From positions 68,816 to 132,815 of the forward strand of contig CAVPJB010000014.1 in the NCBI GenBank assembly GCA_963705135.1: a stretch of 64,000 bases of DNA. Reading direction: 5' to 3'. This DNA comes from an uncultured delta proteobacterium. GTDB taxonomy: Bacteria; Desulfobacterota; Desulfobaccia; Desulfobaccales; Desulfobaccaceae. The notes below the pieces were generated by a model that ran no database searches, was not told the origin of the DNA, and saw only the letters and a program-made list of their open reading frames with translations. Position 1 is the stretch's first letter. Each line of letters begins with the position of its first letter. Position numbers and translations under genes: made by a program. This document shows positions 30,571 through 41,567 of this stretch, one piece after another.

Positions 30571-30885
30571 ATGAAAAGCCGAAAAACTAAAAGGGGCAGA
30601 AAAAAAGCCGACCCCGGTATCTGGGGTTGGCGTCAGATGTTGGTTCTGGGATTGATCTGTATTTTACTGCCTGGCTGCAACCTCAATCTGACCCAGATTT
30701 TTATTCCGCTGGCCTATGCCGGCATTGGGATGTGCATCGCTTTGTTGGTGTCGCCCTCGGTGACGGCGGCCATTGTCGGCTTTGTTATGGGCGGGATCAT
30801 CGGCGCCGCGGTATACAATAATTCCTTGAAAACCGATTTAATGGAACCCCCCGATCTGAATCTTGGGTTCCAAAATGTGAAGTAA
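30571..30885 (+). CDS. Hypothetical membrane protein/lipoprotein
   Basis: Basic N-terminus, LPGC lipobox-like motif, two TM segments; 2 nt before birA. Confidence 0.6.
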   Translation: MKSRKTKRGRKKADPGIWGWRQMLVLGLICILLPGCNLNLTQIFIPLAYAGIGMCIALLVSPSVTAAIVGFVMGGIIGAAVYNNSLKTDLMEPPDLNLGFQNVK

Positions 30886-30887
30886 GA

Positions 30888-31892
30888 TTGATGGAGACCA
30901 CGGAGAAGAAATTGGTCCCAGACATCTTAGAATTGGATCAGGTGCAGCAGGACCTGCTCCTCATGCTTAAACAGACGGGGGCTCACCTTTCCGGGGAACA
31001 AATAGGATCTCGGTTGAACTTGAGCCGGACGGCGGTTTGGAAGCGCATTGAACGTTTGCGGGCCTGCGGCTATCTGGTGGAAGGAAGTTCCCGGCGCGGC
31101 TATCGGCTAAGCCCCGAACAGGATCTGCTATTATCGGCAGAAATCAGTCAAGACCTGCCCTGCCAGTGGTTACGGGGGCCGGTGTTGCACTTTGTCACCC
31201 TCCCCTCAACCAATGATATGGCCAAGGAATTGGCCCGCCAGGGTTACCCCGAGGGCTCCGTCTTGATAGCAGAAACCCAGAGTGCAGGTCGAGGCCGTTT
31301 GGGTCGGGTGTGGGAATCGCCAACGGGGGCCGGGATTTATCTTTCTCTGATTCTCCGGCCACCACTGCCGCCGGCGGAACTACCCAAGCTTACCTTAACG
31401 GCGGCAGTGGCAGTGGTGGAGGCCATCAAGGAGGCCACGGACCTTGAAGTGGGCATTAAATGGCCGAATGATATCTTGTTTGCCGGCAAGAAGCTAGGTG
31501 GTATCCTTACCGAAATGGAAACGGAAAGCGATCAGATGAGTCATCTTATTCTGGGAATAGGCCTTAATATTAATACCCCTGCTTTTCCGGAACATCTGCA
31601 AACGACGGCTACATCGTTAAGAAGCACAGGACGGAGGTATTCCCGCCTGGCCATTGTGCGGGCCTTTTTAAAGGCTATGGATTTGTACTATGGCAGATTT
31701 TTACGCCAGGAATTCCCAACTATTCTTGATTTATGGCGCCGGGCGGCGGTTACTTTGGGAAAACCGGTGACCGTGAAATGCGGCGGAGAAGAAATTTCCG
31801 GGTTGGCCTTAGACGTGGCTCCAGATGGCGCTTTGCTCGTGGCAAGGCCAGGGGGAGGAGTCGAGAAAATAATTTCGGGGGAGATAACTTAG
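30888..31892 (+). CDS. birA: Bifunctional biotin ligase/repressor
   Basis: HTH LSRTAVWKRI, STND, AETQSAGRGRLGRVW, KWPND, KLGGIL. Confidence 0.96.
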   Translation: MMETTEKKLVPDILELDQVQQDLLLMLKQTGAHLSGEQIGSRLNLSRTAVWKRIERLRACGYLVEGSSRRGYRLSPEQDLLLSAEISQDLPCQWLRGPVLHFVTLPSTNDMAKELARQGYPEGSVLIAETQSAGRGRLGRVWESPTGAGIYLSLILRPPLPPAELPKLTLTAAVAVVEAIKEATDLEVGIKWPNDILFAGKKLGGILTEMETESDQMSHLILGIGLNINTPAFPEHLQTTATSLRSTGRRYSRLAIVRAFLKAMDLYYGRFLRQEFPTILDLWRRAAVTLGKPVTVKCGGEEISGLALDVAPDGALLVARPGGGVEKIISGEIT

Positions 31893-31946
31893 GCCTCCTG
31901 ACCAGAGAGGGCAGGAGGCCGGCAAAATTCTGTCTAAAATAAATAA

Positions 31947-32231
31947 TTATTTCTTGAGTTCTTCAATCTCGGATTTTAAGCGGTCAACTTCGGCTTTGTA
32001 GCGTTCCACATCCGATTCAGAGGCGGCGGAGGGTTCCGGGGTGGAAGGTTCGGATTTCTTGAAGAACTTGTCTTTGGCTTCTTCATATCCCAGATAAACT
32101 GCTAAAGCTCCTCCCAGGAGCAATAACAGCGGAATCGAACCGGCCAAAAGATTGAGAAACTGTTTCCACCAAATGCCCAGCCCGATGAGTCCCAGTGCTA
32201 AGGCCGCCAAGCCACCTGTTAGTGCCGTCAT
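31947..32231 (-). CDS. Small two-TM membrane protein with coiled-coil tail (MamI-like pattern)
   Basis: GLAALALGLIGLGIWW...LAGSIPLLLLLGGALAVYLG; AAGGAGG RBS upstream. Confidence 0.75.
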   Translation of the reverse strand: MTALTGGLAALALGLIGLGIWWKQFLNLLAGSIPLLLLLGGALAVYLGYEEAKDKFFKKSEPSTPEPSAASESDVERYKAEVDRLKSEIEELKK

Positions 32232-32437
32232 TCTTTTACCTCCTTGCGTTTCCGTGAACCTGCTTCATTCTTTAGGGGAATTTTCTTTTTTGCCTTTAGG
32301 CAAAAAATTCTCGATAGTTATATTAACGACCGTTAGATATCATATTTTAAAAAATTAATCAAGGACAAGCTGTGCAAATTTTCTCAAGATTATTGACAAG
32401 AGACAAAATATCTGAAAAAGTTAAATATTCAGCAAGC

Positions 32438-32466
32438 TTGACAAAAACTCAGACGGATTTTATAAT
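32438..32466 (+). promoter_or_regulatory. Consensus sigma70 promoter of the DnaJ-like gene
   Basis: TTGACA-N17-TATAAT. Confidence 0.85.
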
Positions 32467-32543
32467 TAGCTAGTAATAAAATACTAATTCCGTCCCTTAT
32501 TTATACATTTCTAACATATTTATTAAAATTCATCAACGATACT

Positions 32544-33488
32544 ATGATCGAACAGGATTACTATAAGATATTAGGGGTTCCACGCAAAGCTGCCCCGGAA
32601 GACATCAAAAAGGCTTACCGGACCTTAGCGGTTAAATATCACCCGGATAAAAATAAGGGCGATAAACAATCCGAGGAAATGTTTAAAAAAATCAGCGAGG
32701 CCTATGCCGTTCTAAGCAACACGGAAAAACGGCAGGAATATGATGCTATGGGATCTTCGGCCTTTCGCGGTAAATTTTCTCAGGAAGACATCTTCCGTGG
32801 CTCCGATTTCGGTAATGTTTTTAGAGACATCGGTCTTTCAGGAGATATTTTGGGCCGGTTATTCGGCGGCCAGGGTTGGACTACCGCCGGTTTTGGTAAG
32901 AAGGGCCGGGGGAAAATGTTTGATTTTTCGACATTTGGGGATTTTGGCGCCGGGGAGCAGGTCCTCCGGGGGCAGGACTTGCTACTTGAGCTACCTCTGA
33001 CTTTGCATGAAATGGCCTTCGGGGTGGAAAAGATCGTGGAGTTCCATCGGGACGGGCAGTTGGAGAAAGTTTCCGTGAAAATTCCATCAGGGGCCATGCA
33101 TGGGAAAAAACTGCGGGTTCCAGGAAAGGGCAGTCCCCATCCCGCCGGTGGTCAGTCGGGGGATTTATACATTAAAATAAAAGAGATTGGCCACTCGGTA
33201 TTTAAACGGGAGGGGCATGACCTTTATGTTGATAAGCGCATAAAATTTTCCGAGGCTGTTTTGGGCACCAAGCTCACTGTTCCCACCTTAGATGGAAAAA
33301 CCTTAAGTTTAAAAATTCCTCCCGGCACTAACAGCCACACCAAAATGCGGCTTAAAGGGCATGGCCTGCCCATAGGCAATGGGAAATCCCGGGGGGATGA
33401 GTATGTCCGGATTATTGTCGACATTCCGCCTGTCATCAACAAAAGGCAGAAAGCCCTGATCGAAGAGCTGGCCAAAGAGGGGATATAA
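32544..33488 (+). CDS. DnaJ class B (CbpA-like) co-chaperone
   Basis: DYYKILGV...YHPDKN J domain, G/F region, C-terminal domains, no Zn finger. Confidence 0.92.
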   Translation: MIEQDYYKILGVPRKAAPEDIKKAYRTLAVKYHPDKNKGDKQSEEMFKKISEAYAVLSNTEKRQEYDAMGSSAFRGKFSQEDIFRGSDFGNVFRDIGLSGDILGRLFGGQGWTTAGFGKKGRGKMFDFSTFGDFGAGEQVLRGQDLLLELPLTLHEMAFGVEKIVEFHRDGQLEKVSVKIPSGAMHGKKLRVPGKGSPHPAGGQSGDLYIKIKEIGHSVFKREGHDLYVDKRIKFSEAVLGTKLTVPTLDGKTLSLKIPPGTNSHTKMRLKGHGLPIGNGKSRGDEYVRIIVDIPPVINKRQKALIEELAKEGI

Positions 33489-33497
33489 GAGGCTTGA

Positions 33498-34295
33498 TTG
33501 CCGGCCAGAGCAGGGAGGGAGAACGCGACCTGCATGCAAGACGGTAAGACCTCTGATGCATCCACCCTCCAACCTTGTGGCCAGCTTCCCAAGGGGCTGA
33601 ATTTGGAGCAGCTCATTCCTGCGGCCCGGGATTTTCGGTACCTGTTAGGGAAAGGGTACCCGCGTCAAGCCAGCCTGACCTTGGTGGGCAATCGCTACCA
33701 TCTCTCCTTGGCAGCCCGACACATCTTGCTTCGGGGAGTATTTGACCCGGAGGCGGCAGTTCGCCGCCGTCTAAAGTTGTGCCCGGTCCGGAAATTAGCC
33801 GGCCGGTCGTTGGCATTGGACGGTCATAATATCCTGATCACCCTGGAGTGTAGTCTCCAAGGGATGCCCATGACGGTTGCTGACGATGGTTTTATTCGAG
33901 ATATCGGGCAGATATCTAAAAAATACCGCCCTTCCCCCATTACTGAACAGGCTTTGATTCTCGTGAGCCGTTTTTTAGCCTCCCATGGAGTTGGGCCGGT
34001 GATGTTCTGGTACGATGCCCCCATGAGCCGCAGCGGTGAATTAGCGGCCAATACCCGGAGAATTTTGCAGCAACACCACCTGCGCGGTGAAGCCCAGGCT
34101 GTGCCGGTGCCCGAAAAGAGGCTCCTGGAATTTGAGGGCGTCATTGCCACCAGCGACACCTACCTTATAGACCGGTCCAGGGTTGTGGCGGATGTGGCGG
34201 GGGAAATTATCAGGCAGTTTCCCCAGGTCTGGATTATTTCCTTGGCTGAAGGCGCTTCAACTGAAAAACTAAGGCAAGACACAAAGAAGGGCTGA
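33498..34295 (+). CDS. DUF434 domain protein (true start probably further downstream)
   Basis: DFRYLLGKGY...VGNRYHL, LDGHNILITLE, DDGFIRD, PMSRSGELA, ATSD. Confidence 0.8.
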   Translation: MPARAGRENATCMQDGKTSDASTLQPCGQLPKGLNLEQLIPAARDFRYLLGKGYPRQASLTLVGNRYHLSLAARHILLRGVFDPEAAVRRRLKLCPVRKLAGRSLALDGHNILITLECSLQGMPMTVADDGFIRDIGQISKKYRPSPITEQALILVSRFLASHGVGPVMFWYDAPMSRSGELAANTRRILQQHHLRGEAQAVPVPEKRLLEFEGVIATSDTYLIDRSRVVADVAGEIIRQFPQVWIISLAEGASTEKLRQDTKKG

Positions 34296-34364
34296 CAGAG
34301 CAGAAAGCCGCGAGGTAAGCAGGAAATAGCATCTTACTGACAAGGTGAATTAAAGGAAAACGAC

Positions 34365-34392
34365 TTGACAGCCGAAAAATTTAGGATAAAAT
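34365..34392 (+). promoter_or_regulatory. Sigma70 promoter of the rpsU operon
   Basis: TTGACA-N16-TAAAAT. Confidence 0.6.
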
Positions 34393-34520
34393 TAAAATTC
34401 TCGACAACCAGACGGATTAGCAATTCGCTCAAAAATGAAGAGATTTTTGTGTCTATATACTACTACGTATGGAATGAACTCCCCGTCAGGTTGATTTAAC
34501 AAGGGAGGAGGCGAATATGG

Positions 34521-34721
34521 ATGCCAGGCGTAAGGGTAAAAGCCAATGAGCCCTTCGAGATCGCCTTAAAGAGATTTAAAAAGCAATGCGAAAAAGCTGG
34601 GATTTTGTCCGAAATTAGAAAACGGGAACATTATGAAAAACCCAGCATTAAGCGAAAGAAAAAAGCTTTGGCGGCAAAGAAACGGGCTCTGAAGAGAATA
34701 CGCAAATTAGGGGCCAGATAA
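34521..34721 (+). CDS. rpsU: 30S ribosomal protein S21
   Basis: [33 protein letters not shown]. Confidence 0.98.
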   Translation: MPGVRVKANEPFEIALKRFKKQCEKAGILSEIRKREHYEKPSIKRKKKALAAKKRALKRIRKLGAR

Positions 34722-35170
34722 TGTCGCTTCTTGACGAAATTGACCACTGTTTTAAGACTGTACTCAAAACTCAGGACCGTCTGAAACTCTCCACCCTGCG
34801 TTTGTTGAAAACTGCGCTGAAAAATCGAGAAGTTCAGGAAAGGCGTTCCCTGGCTGAGGCGGAGATCACAGCAGTCATTACCAGTCAAATAAAACAGCGG
34901 CGAGACTCCATTATGGAGTTCAAACGTGCAGACAGAAGCGATTTGGTCCAACAAGAAGAGGAGGAACTACAATTCCTCCTTTCTTTTTTGCCCCAGCAGT
35001 TATCCACCGAGGAACTTCAAAGTGAGTTGAAGTGTATTATTTCGGAATTACAGGCTGCTGGTCCGGGAGATCTGGGCAAGGTGATGAGAGCGGCTATGGT
35101 CAAACTTGCCGGCCGGGCTGAGGGCAAAGAGGTAAATAAGTTGACAAAAAAGTTACTGGGAGGGGAATAG
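34721..35170 (+). CDS. GatB/YqeY domain protein
   Basis: LSTLRLLKTAL, IKQRRDSI, FLPQQLS, DLGKVM. Confidence 0.93.
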   Translation: MSLLDEIDHCFKTVLKTQDRLKLSTLRLLKTALKNREVQERRSLAEAEITAVITSQIKQRRDSIMEFKRADRSDLVQQEEEELQFLLSFLPQQLSTEELQSELKCIISELQAAGPGDLGKVMRAAMVKLAGRAEGKEVNKLTKKLLGGE

Positions 35171-35218
35171 TAACCTCTCTCGGAGGCCTTAAGCTGGGCC
35201 TTTGGGTTTGCAGGTGAA

Positions 35219-37597
35219 ATGGCGCAGCAGACACTTAAAGTTCTTGAATTTCCGCAATTAATAAAAATTGTGCAACGTTTTGCCGGTTCCTCCTTGGGGC
35301 GGCGGCGCCTGGGGACACTGCAACCCAGTCCGGATTTTGAGGACGTGCAAGCTCGACTGCAGGAGGTGAATGAACTAGCCGATTTGACGGCGGTGGATGG
35401 CCCCTGCCCAATTGAAGGCTGCCCAGATTTGGCGGCGATTTTAAAGCGGGTAACGGTGCCGGGAAGTGTATTGTTCCCGGAAGACTTTAATCAGATTTTG
35501 ACGGTGTTGCGCCTGGTCAGCCGAGTGCGGCGGTATTTCCAGGGCATTCAAGACCGGCAGCCGCTCATTTCCCGCTATGGTCACCAATTGCGTGACCTTG
35601 TCGAAGTTAAACAAGCCATCCAAACCGCCATTAGTCCACATGGCATCATTTTAGACCAAGCCAGCGAGGAATTGCGGCGGTTGCGCCAGGAGATCCAGAC
35701 CTCCCGGCAGCAGATTACCCGGAAGTTACACCAGCTTTTCAGCCAGGCGGATTTTCGGGAAGTCTTGCAGGATCAGCTAATTTCGCAACGGAACGGCCGT
35801 TATGTCATTCCCATAAAAGCAGATTTTAAAGGTAAGATTACCGGAATCATTCATGATCAGTCCCAAAGCAAGGCGACCCTGTTTTTAGAACCTTTTGAGA
35901 TAGTCAATTTAAATAATAGTATTAATCTGTTAGCCGGAGAAGAAAAACGCGAAGAAGAACGGATACTTCTTCACCTAACCAACCTGGTGCGAGCCCATCA
36001 GGAAGTTTTCCAGGACAATCTCCGAGTTCTGGGGGATGTGGATGCACTTCAGGCCAAGGTGCTATATGCCCAAGAATATAAGGCAAGGACGCCAGTGTTG
36101 ACTCGCCAGGGTCGAGTACATCTCAAAGAAGCCCGACACCCTTTACTGGTTCAACGCGATAAGGATGAGAAAGGGTTTCATGCCACCATTCCCGTCGATT
36201 TAGAATTAACTCCGCAGTCCCGTTTTCTGGTGCTTTCCGGGGCCAATACTGGCGGCAAGACTGTAACTTTGAAGACGCTGGGTTTACTTTGCCTAATGAC
36301 CCAATGTGGCATTCCTCTGCCGGTGGCCGAGGGGAGCGAAATCTGCGTTTTCGAAGGCATCTTTGCCGATATCGGCGATACTCAGAATTTAGCCCATAAT
36401 CTGAGCACCTTCTCGGCGCACATAAATCGGACGGCAGAAATTCTGGCCAAAATTAAAGGCAGATGTTTGGTGCTGCTGGATGAATTGGGTACTGCTACTG
36501 ACCCGGCTGAGGGCGGGGCCCTGGCCCTGGCTTTGCTGCATGCTTTTGGCCGCGCCGACGTCTACGGGGTGGTCACCACTCACTACCATCTGCTCAAGGC
36601 CTTTGCTCATGAAGAGCCAGGTTTTGCCAATGTTGCGGTGTTGTTTGACGAACAGACCCAGAAACCTCTTTACCGTCTGGCCTATGGCGTCGCCGGTCCC
36701 AGCAATGCCTTAAACATCGCCCGGGAATTGGGATTGCCTCCGGAAATTATTGCTGACGCGGAGCACTATCTTGGCCAGGAAGGGTTGCAAGCTTTGCAGG
36801 AGTTGGCCAAATGCGAGGCGGCCCAGCAAAGTCTGGCGCAACGTGAGCAGGACTTGAGGCAGGAACAGGAAAATCTGCACCTGCGGGAAGAAGAGTTGGC
36901 TGCTTTACAGGAAAAGCTGGCAAAGGAGCGCCGCAGTCTCCAGGAGCAGGAGCGCCGGGAAGTAACTGCGGCAATTAAAGAGGCGGAAAGACAATTCAAA
37001 GAGATATTGAACCGTTTAGAGAATCGTGAGGATTCCTGGGGCCGACTGCGCCAGGAGTTCTCAGCCCAGCAACGCCGACTGCAACTATTGGTTACTCCTC
37101 CTGAGGCAGCAACTCCAGTAAAACAATTTAAGCCGGAACCCGGACAGAGAGTTTGGCTTGCTTCCCTGGGACAAAAAGGCGTGGTCGTTTCGGGGCCTGA
37201 CAAAGAAGGCCGCCAGGAAGTGCTGGTAGGAGCGGTGAAAATCCGCCTGGCCCCTCACGAAATGAGAGAAACTTCGGGGAGTTTGGAGGAGGGGCGAATT
37301 TTTCGGGGTAGAGCCAAAGGCGGCATTGAATTGGCCCAGTCCGCATCCTGGCAATCACCCTCTCTCAACATCATTGGGTTGAGGGTGGATGAAGCTTTGC
37401 CCCTGGTGGATAAGCTGCTGGATCAGGCCGTACTGCACGGGTGCCGCCAGGTTGATATTATTCACGGCATCGGGACTGGCCGTCTGCAGCACGCGGTGCG
37501 GCAGCATCTGCGGCAGCACAGCATGGTAAAACAGTTTCATCCTGGGGAATCGACCCAGGGGGGACGCGGCGTTACCGTGGTCGAGATTAAGGAATAA
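35219..37597 (+). CDS. mutS2: Endonuclease MutS2
   Basis: VLEF start, SGANTGGKT, ADIGD, LSTFS, LLDELGTATDP, TTHY, C-terminal Smr IIHGIGTG. Confidence 0.96.
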   Translation: MAQQTLKVLEFPQLIKIVQRFAGSSLGRRRLGTLQPSPDFEDVQARLQEVNELADLTAVDGPCPIEGCPDLAAILKRVTVPGSVLFPEDFNQILTVLRLVSRVRRYFQGIQDRQPLISRYGHQLRDLVEVKQAIQTAISPHGIILDQASEELRRLRQEIQTSRQQITRKLHQLFSQADFREVLQDQLISQRNGRYVIPIKADFKGKITGIIHDQSQSKATLFLEPFEIVNLNNSINLLAGEEKREEERILLHLTNLVRAHQEVFQDNLRVLGDVDALQAKVLYAQEYKARTPVLTRQGRVHLKEARHPLLVQRDKDEKGFHATIPVDLELTPQSRFLVLSGANTGGKTVTLKTLGLLCLMTQCGIPLPVAEGSEICVFEGIFADIGDTQNLAHNLSTFSAHINRTAEILAKIKGRCLVLLDELGTATDPAEGGALALALLHAFGRADVYGVVTTHYHLLKAFAHEEPGFANVAVLFDEQTQKPLYRLAYGVAGPSNALNIARELGLPPEIIADAEHYLGQEGLQALQELAKCEAAQQSLAQREQDLRQEQENLHLREEELAALQEKLAKERRSLQEQERREVTAAIKEAERQFKEILNRLENREDSWGRLRQEFSAQQRRLQLLVTPPEAATPVKQFKPEPGQRVWLASLGQKGVVVSGPDKEGRQEVLVGAVKIRLAPHEMRETSGSLEEGRIFRGRAKGGIELAQSASWQSPSLNIIGLRVDEALPLVDKLLDQAVLHGCRQVDIIHGIGTGRLQHAVRQHLRQHSMVKQFHPGESTQGGRGVTVVEIKE

Positions 37598-37749
37598 ACC
37601 GGAGAGTGCCCTTTGGATTCCCAGGCTGGCATAAAAAATTTGTCAAAGCAAAAAACCTTTCTGAATGTAATAAAAAGGATTGTTAAACTATCTGGCGGCT
37701 GGCCGCAAAAAGAATTTTTCACTTACGGGCTTTAGAGTAGAATATTTTT

Positions 37750-39528
37750 ATGGCGCCTTTCATCCCGGAAGCAAAGCTGCTGGAGATTAAGGACGCAGCG
37801 TCCATCGCTGACGTAATCGGTCAGTATGTCAGCTTAAAACTGCGAGGACGCTATTTAGTGGGCTTATGCCCTTTTCATGCCGAAAAGACTCCTTCCTTCA
37901 CTGTCAATCCCGAACGTAACATTTTTCATTGCTATGGCTGCGGCGCTGGAGGTAATGTTTTTACCTTTCTCATGCAGCACCTGCGTTTAACTTTTCCGGA
38001 GGCTGCAACCGAACTGGCCCAACGCTACGGCATTCCTCTACAATGGAAAAAAGACCTCAGCCCGGCCCAGGCCCAATTAAGCCGTCAGCGACAGGCCCTG
38101 TATGAAGTCAATGAACTGGCGGCTAAATTTTTTGAAAACAAGTTAAGCCATCGGCAGATTGGGGAGCCTGCCCGACAATATCTAGCCCGTCGTGGACTGC
38201 CGGAGGCGGTGGCCTCAGCTTACCGCCTGGGTTATGCGCCGGAGGATTGGCGTTTACTAGTGCGGGCCCTATCAGATCAGGGGGCTAACTTAGATGCGGC
38301 CCAGCAATTGGGGTTGATCGCACCAAGAACATCCGGGGGGCATTACGATCGATTTCGGGGCCGGCTGATTTTCCCTATTTTGGACCTGCAAGGCCGGATC
38401 ATCGCTTTTGGCGGTAGGATTATCGGGGAGGGAGAGCCCAAATATCTCAATTCACCGGAAAGCCAGCTCTATTCCAAGGGGCGAAATTTATACGGGTTGT
38501 ATCAAGCCCGTGAGGCCATGCGGAAACATAATATCGCTATTCTGGTGGAAGGATACATGGATCTGCTGGCTTTGCGGGCTCGCGGCATTGAACCGGTGGT
38601 TGCCACCTTGGGGACAGCCCTGACCCGGGAGCAGGTCCGGTTGCTAAAGGGCTATACCTCCCGGGTCGTGCTGGTCTTTGATGCTGATACTGCGGGCCTG
38701 AAAGCAATGCAACGTAGTTTACCACATTTTGCCGGAGAACGTTTGCCGGTACGGGTCATGGCCTTACCAGGGGGTGAAGACCCAGACAGTTATGCTGCCA
38801 AGTTCGGGGTGGAGATTTTCAAATCTCCCTGGGACCAAGCCCAACCGCTCTTTGCCTTTATTTTGGACCAAGTCACGTCTGGTCCAGGGGAAGATTTTGA
38901 GGCTAAATTAGCAGCTTTCGAAAACCTCAAACCGTATTTTCAGGGTGAGATTGATTCTGTGGAAAGGACTCTTTGGTTACAGATGGCTGCCAAACGTTTA
39001 GGCGTGCCGGAATCGGCTTTAGAGGCATCCCTGCAGACCTATCGCAATGCACTCCCTCCTGCTATTATGACACCCAAACAGGATGAGGCATTGAATTTAG
39101 AAAAAAGATTTATCAAACTGCTTTTAAGTTATCCAGAAATCCTTTCCCGGTTTGATTTAGAACAATATTTGGAACAGTTCATAAATCCAGAGATGCAAGC
39201 TATTGCACATTATATTCATGCATGTCACCAGCAAATAGGTTACTTGGATCATAGTTTGTTAGTTATGCAGATTGGAGAAGAAGATATCTGCCGTCGAATT
39301 TGTTCTTTGGCTCTATCTTCAGAGGAATATCAGCTTGAAAATTTGGAACTAGAGTTAGAGGATTATACTCGGAGCTTTCAGAAAGTACAGCTCAAGAGAC
39401 AACATCAGCAATTAAAAGAAAAAATGGAACAAATCTATAAAACTAATAAAGGAGGTGATTACTTAGCCTTACAGGCCCAACTGCAAGATATTAGACAAAG
39501 GCTAAAGGAATTGGAAAGCTCTCGCTAA
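37750..39528 (+). CDS. dnaG: DNA primase
   Basis: [36 protein letters not shown]. Confidence 0.97.
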   Translation: MAPFIPEAKLLEIKDAASIADVIGQYVSLKLRGRYLVGLCPFHAEKTPSFTVNPERNIFHCYGCGAGGNVFTFLMQHLRLTFPEAATELAQRYGIPLQWKKDLSPAQAQLSRQRQALYEVNELAAKFFENKLSHRQIGEPARQYLARRGLPEAVASAYRLGYAPEDWRLLVRALSDQGANLDAAQQLGLIAPRTSGGHYDRFRGRLIFPILDLQGRIIAFGGRIIGEGEPKYLNSPESQLYSKGRNLYGLYQAREAMRKHNIAILVEGYMDLLALRARGIEPVVATLGTALTREQVRLLKGYTSRVVLVFDADTAGLKAMQRSLPHFAGERLPVRVMALPGGEDPDSYAAKFGVEIFKSPWDQAQPLFAFILDQVTSGPGEDFEAKLAAFENLKPYFQGEIDSVERTLWLQMAAKRLGVPESALEASLQTYRNALPPAIMTPKQDEALNLEKRFIKLLLSYPEILSRFDLEQYLEQFINPEMQAIAHYIHACHQQIGYLDHSLLVMQIGEEDICRRICSLALSSEEYQLENLELELEDYTRSFQKVQLKRQHQQLKEKMEQIYKTNKGGDYLALQAQLQDIRQRLKELESSR

Positions 39529-39553
39529 CCTTTGGGGGAAAAGGAGAAAATGG

Positions 39554-41287
39554 ATGGGCAAGGGAGTAACGTTTAACAATTTGGGGGGGTATATTCCCCT
39601 GGAGGATCCGCATGGATACATCTCCTTTGAAGACTATACCGAGCAAGAAGCATCGGCACCAGTATTTCAAGAAGGCGCAGAGGAGATGATTGTTTTTGAG
39701 GATATTGACTTCGATTTATTAGCGCTGTCTACTAAACTAAATCTGCCCTCACGGGCGGATATGGAGTCCACAGAGGCCCTATTAAATATCGACGCCACTC
39801 CTTCGGCCCGTCTCGATGACCCGGTGAAGATGTATTTAAAAGAGATGGGGACGGTCTCCTTGCTCACCCGGGAGGGAGAGATAGAAATCGCCAAAAGGAT
39901 TGAAGAGGGAGCCAAAGAGGTTGTCGTGGCCTTATTGGAAACAAATTTTGGCGTGCAGGCGATTTTAGAAATCGCCAACCATTCAGAACAAGAAAAGCTA
40001 TGTATATCAGATGAATACAGAGATTTTATAGAAGAGGAGGATTTAGAGCAAACAATTCAGAAAGACCATTGGCAGCAACTTATGCTGGAAGTTTTCCGGG
40101 TAGACAGTCTAATGAAACGAGTCCAGGCCTGTTTGACAGCCAAAACGTTGTCGAAGGAGAAACGGCCGTTGCTGGAAGCCCAGTTGGAACGGCATCGTCA
40201 GCAGATGGTCCAGCTCTTAAAAAACCTTAAGATTCCACCGAAACATCTCAATAGGATTGTTCGGAAAGTTAATGATTATGGCTATGCCGTACGGGCCTGC
40301 CAACGGGATATGGACAGGTGTTTAAAAAAAGCCGGTCTTAATGCTCTGGAATTTAGACGAATTGGTTGCGGTCGGCACAAGGCCGCCCTTGTCGGGAAGA
40401 ATTCGCAGCTACCCGCAGATTGGCCAGAGAATACGGTCAAGTTGGCAGAGAATTGGCGAAAGGCCCATCGACGACTTAAAAAAATTGAACAAGAAACCGG
40501 ACTGACGGTAGCCACATTGCTCGAGATCCAAGCCCGAGTGCAAAAAGGGGAGCGTCAAGCTTCCCGGGCTAAACGGGAATTAGTGGAAGCCAATCTGCGA
40601 CTGGTCGTTAGCATTGCCAAGAAATATACCAACCGGGGATTGCAGTTTCTGGATTTGATTCAAGAAGGGAACATCGGTCTGATGAAGGCCGTAGAAAAAT
40701 TTGAATATGAACGAGGATATAAATTCAGCACCTACGCCACTTGGTGGATTCGCCAGGCCATTACCCGAGCCATTGCCGATCAAGCTCGGACAATTCGCAT
40801 CCCGGTGCACATGATTGAAACCATCAATAAATTATTGCGCACCTCCAGATACCTGGTACAAGAAATCGGACGGGAGCCAACTCCCGAAGAACTGGCGGAA
40901 AAGATGGAGTATCCGTTAGAAAAAGTGCGCAAAGTGCTGAAGATCGCCAAAGAGCCCATTTCTCTGGAGACCCCCATCGGAGAAGAGGACGACAGTTATC
41001 TATCTGATTTCATTGAAGATAAAAAGATAACTTCTCCCACCGAAGCCATAGAAAATCTTAACTTGGCCGAGATCACCCGTACCGTCCTGTCCACATTAAC
41101 TCCCCGGGAAGAAAAAGTCATCAGGATGCGCTTTGGTATCGGAGAAAAATCGGATCATACCTTGGAGGAGGTGGGGCGCAAGTTCATGGTCACCCGAGAG
41201 CGGATTCGCCAGATTGAAGCCAAAGCCCTGCGAAAATTACGGCATGCCTCCCGAATCAAACGATTACAGAGCCTTACAGAAAATTGA
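39554..41287 (+). CDS. rpoD: RNA polymerase primary sigma factor
   Basis: [66 protein letters not shown]. Confidence 0.97.
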   Translation: MGKGVTFNNLGGYIPLEDPHGYISFEDYTEQEASAPVFQEGAEEMIVFEDIDFDLLALSTKLNLPSRADMESTEALLNIDATPSARLDDPVKMYLKEMGTVSLLTREGEIEIAKRIEEGAKEVVVALLETNFGVQAILEIANHSEQEKLCISDEYRDFIEEEDLEQTIQKDHWQQLMLEVFRVDSLMKRVQACLTAKTLSKEKRPLLEAQLERHRQQMVQLLKNLKIPPKHLNRIVRKVNDYGYAVRACQRDMDRCLKKAGLNALEFRRIGCGRHKAALVGKNSQLPADWPENTVKLAENWRKAHRRLKKIEQETGLTVATLLEIQARVQKGERQASRAKRELVEANLRLVVSIAKKYTNRGLQFLDLIQEGNIGLMKAVEKFEYERGYKFSTYATWWIRQAITRAIADQARTIRIPVHMIETINKLLRTSRYLVQEIGREPTPEELAEKMEYPLEKVRKVLKIAKEPISLETPIGEEDDSYLSDFIEDKKITSPTEAIENLNLAEITRTVLSTLTPREEKVIRMRFGIGEKSDHTLEEVGRKFMVTRERIRQIEAKALRKLRHASRIKRLQSLTEN

Positions 41288-41389
41288 CTGGTAACCCCAT
41301 AGCAGGGGAGCCAGAAAAATTGTTCGATAAATTTTGTTTTTGTATTATACTTATCTTTTTTGCGTGTAAGTTGCTCTACAGACTACCAA

Positions 41390-41465
41390 GGGCCCATAGC
41401 TCAACGGTCAGAGCCACCGGCTCATAACCGGAAGGTTCCTGGTTCGAATCCAGGTGGGCCCACCA
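41390..41465 (+). tRNA. tRNA with CAT anticodon (probably Ile2/lysidine rather than Met)
   Basis: GGGCCCATAGCTCAACGGTCAGAGCCACCGGCTCATAACCGGAAGGTTCCTGGTTCGAATCCAGGTGGGCCCACCA. Confidence 0.92.
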
Positions 41466-41530
41466 AAAACATGGCCATGGAAATGAAACTGCTTTGGATA
41501 TACCAGCAAGACAGAGATACCTGATAGAAA

Positions 41531-41560
41531 GATGGGGTGCAGAGAGAGCACCCCATTTTT
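41531..41560 (+). terminator. Intrinsic terminator after the tRNA
   Basis: ATGGGGTGC-N7-GCACCCCAT-TTTT. Confidence 0.75.
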
Positions 41561-41567
41561 ACTTGTT

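Noticed and set aside
32466-32490. CIRCE element before the DnaJ-like gene
   Set aside because: Only TTAGC...CTAA resembles it; length and inner bases do not match TTAGCACTC-N9-GAGTGCTAA
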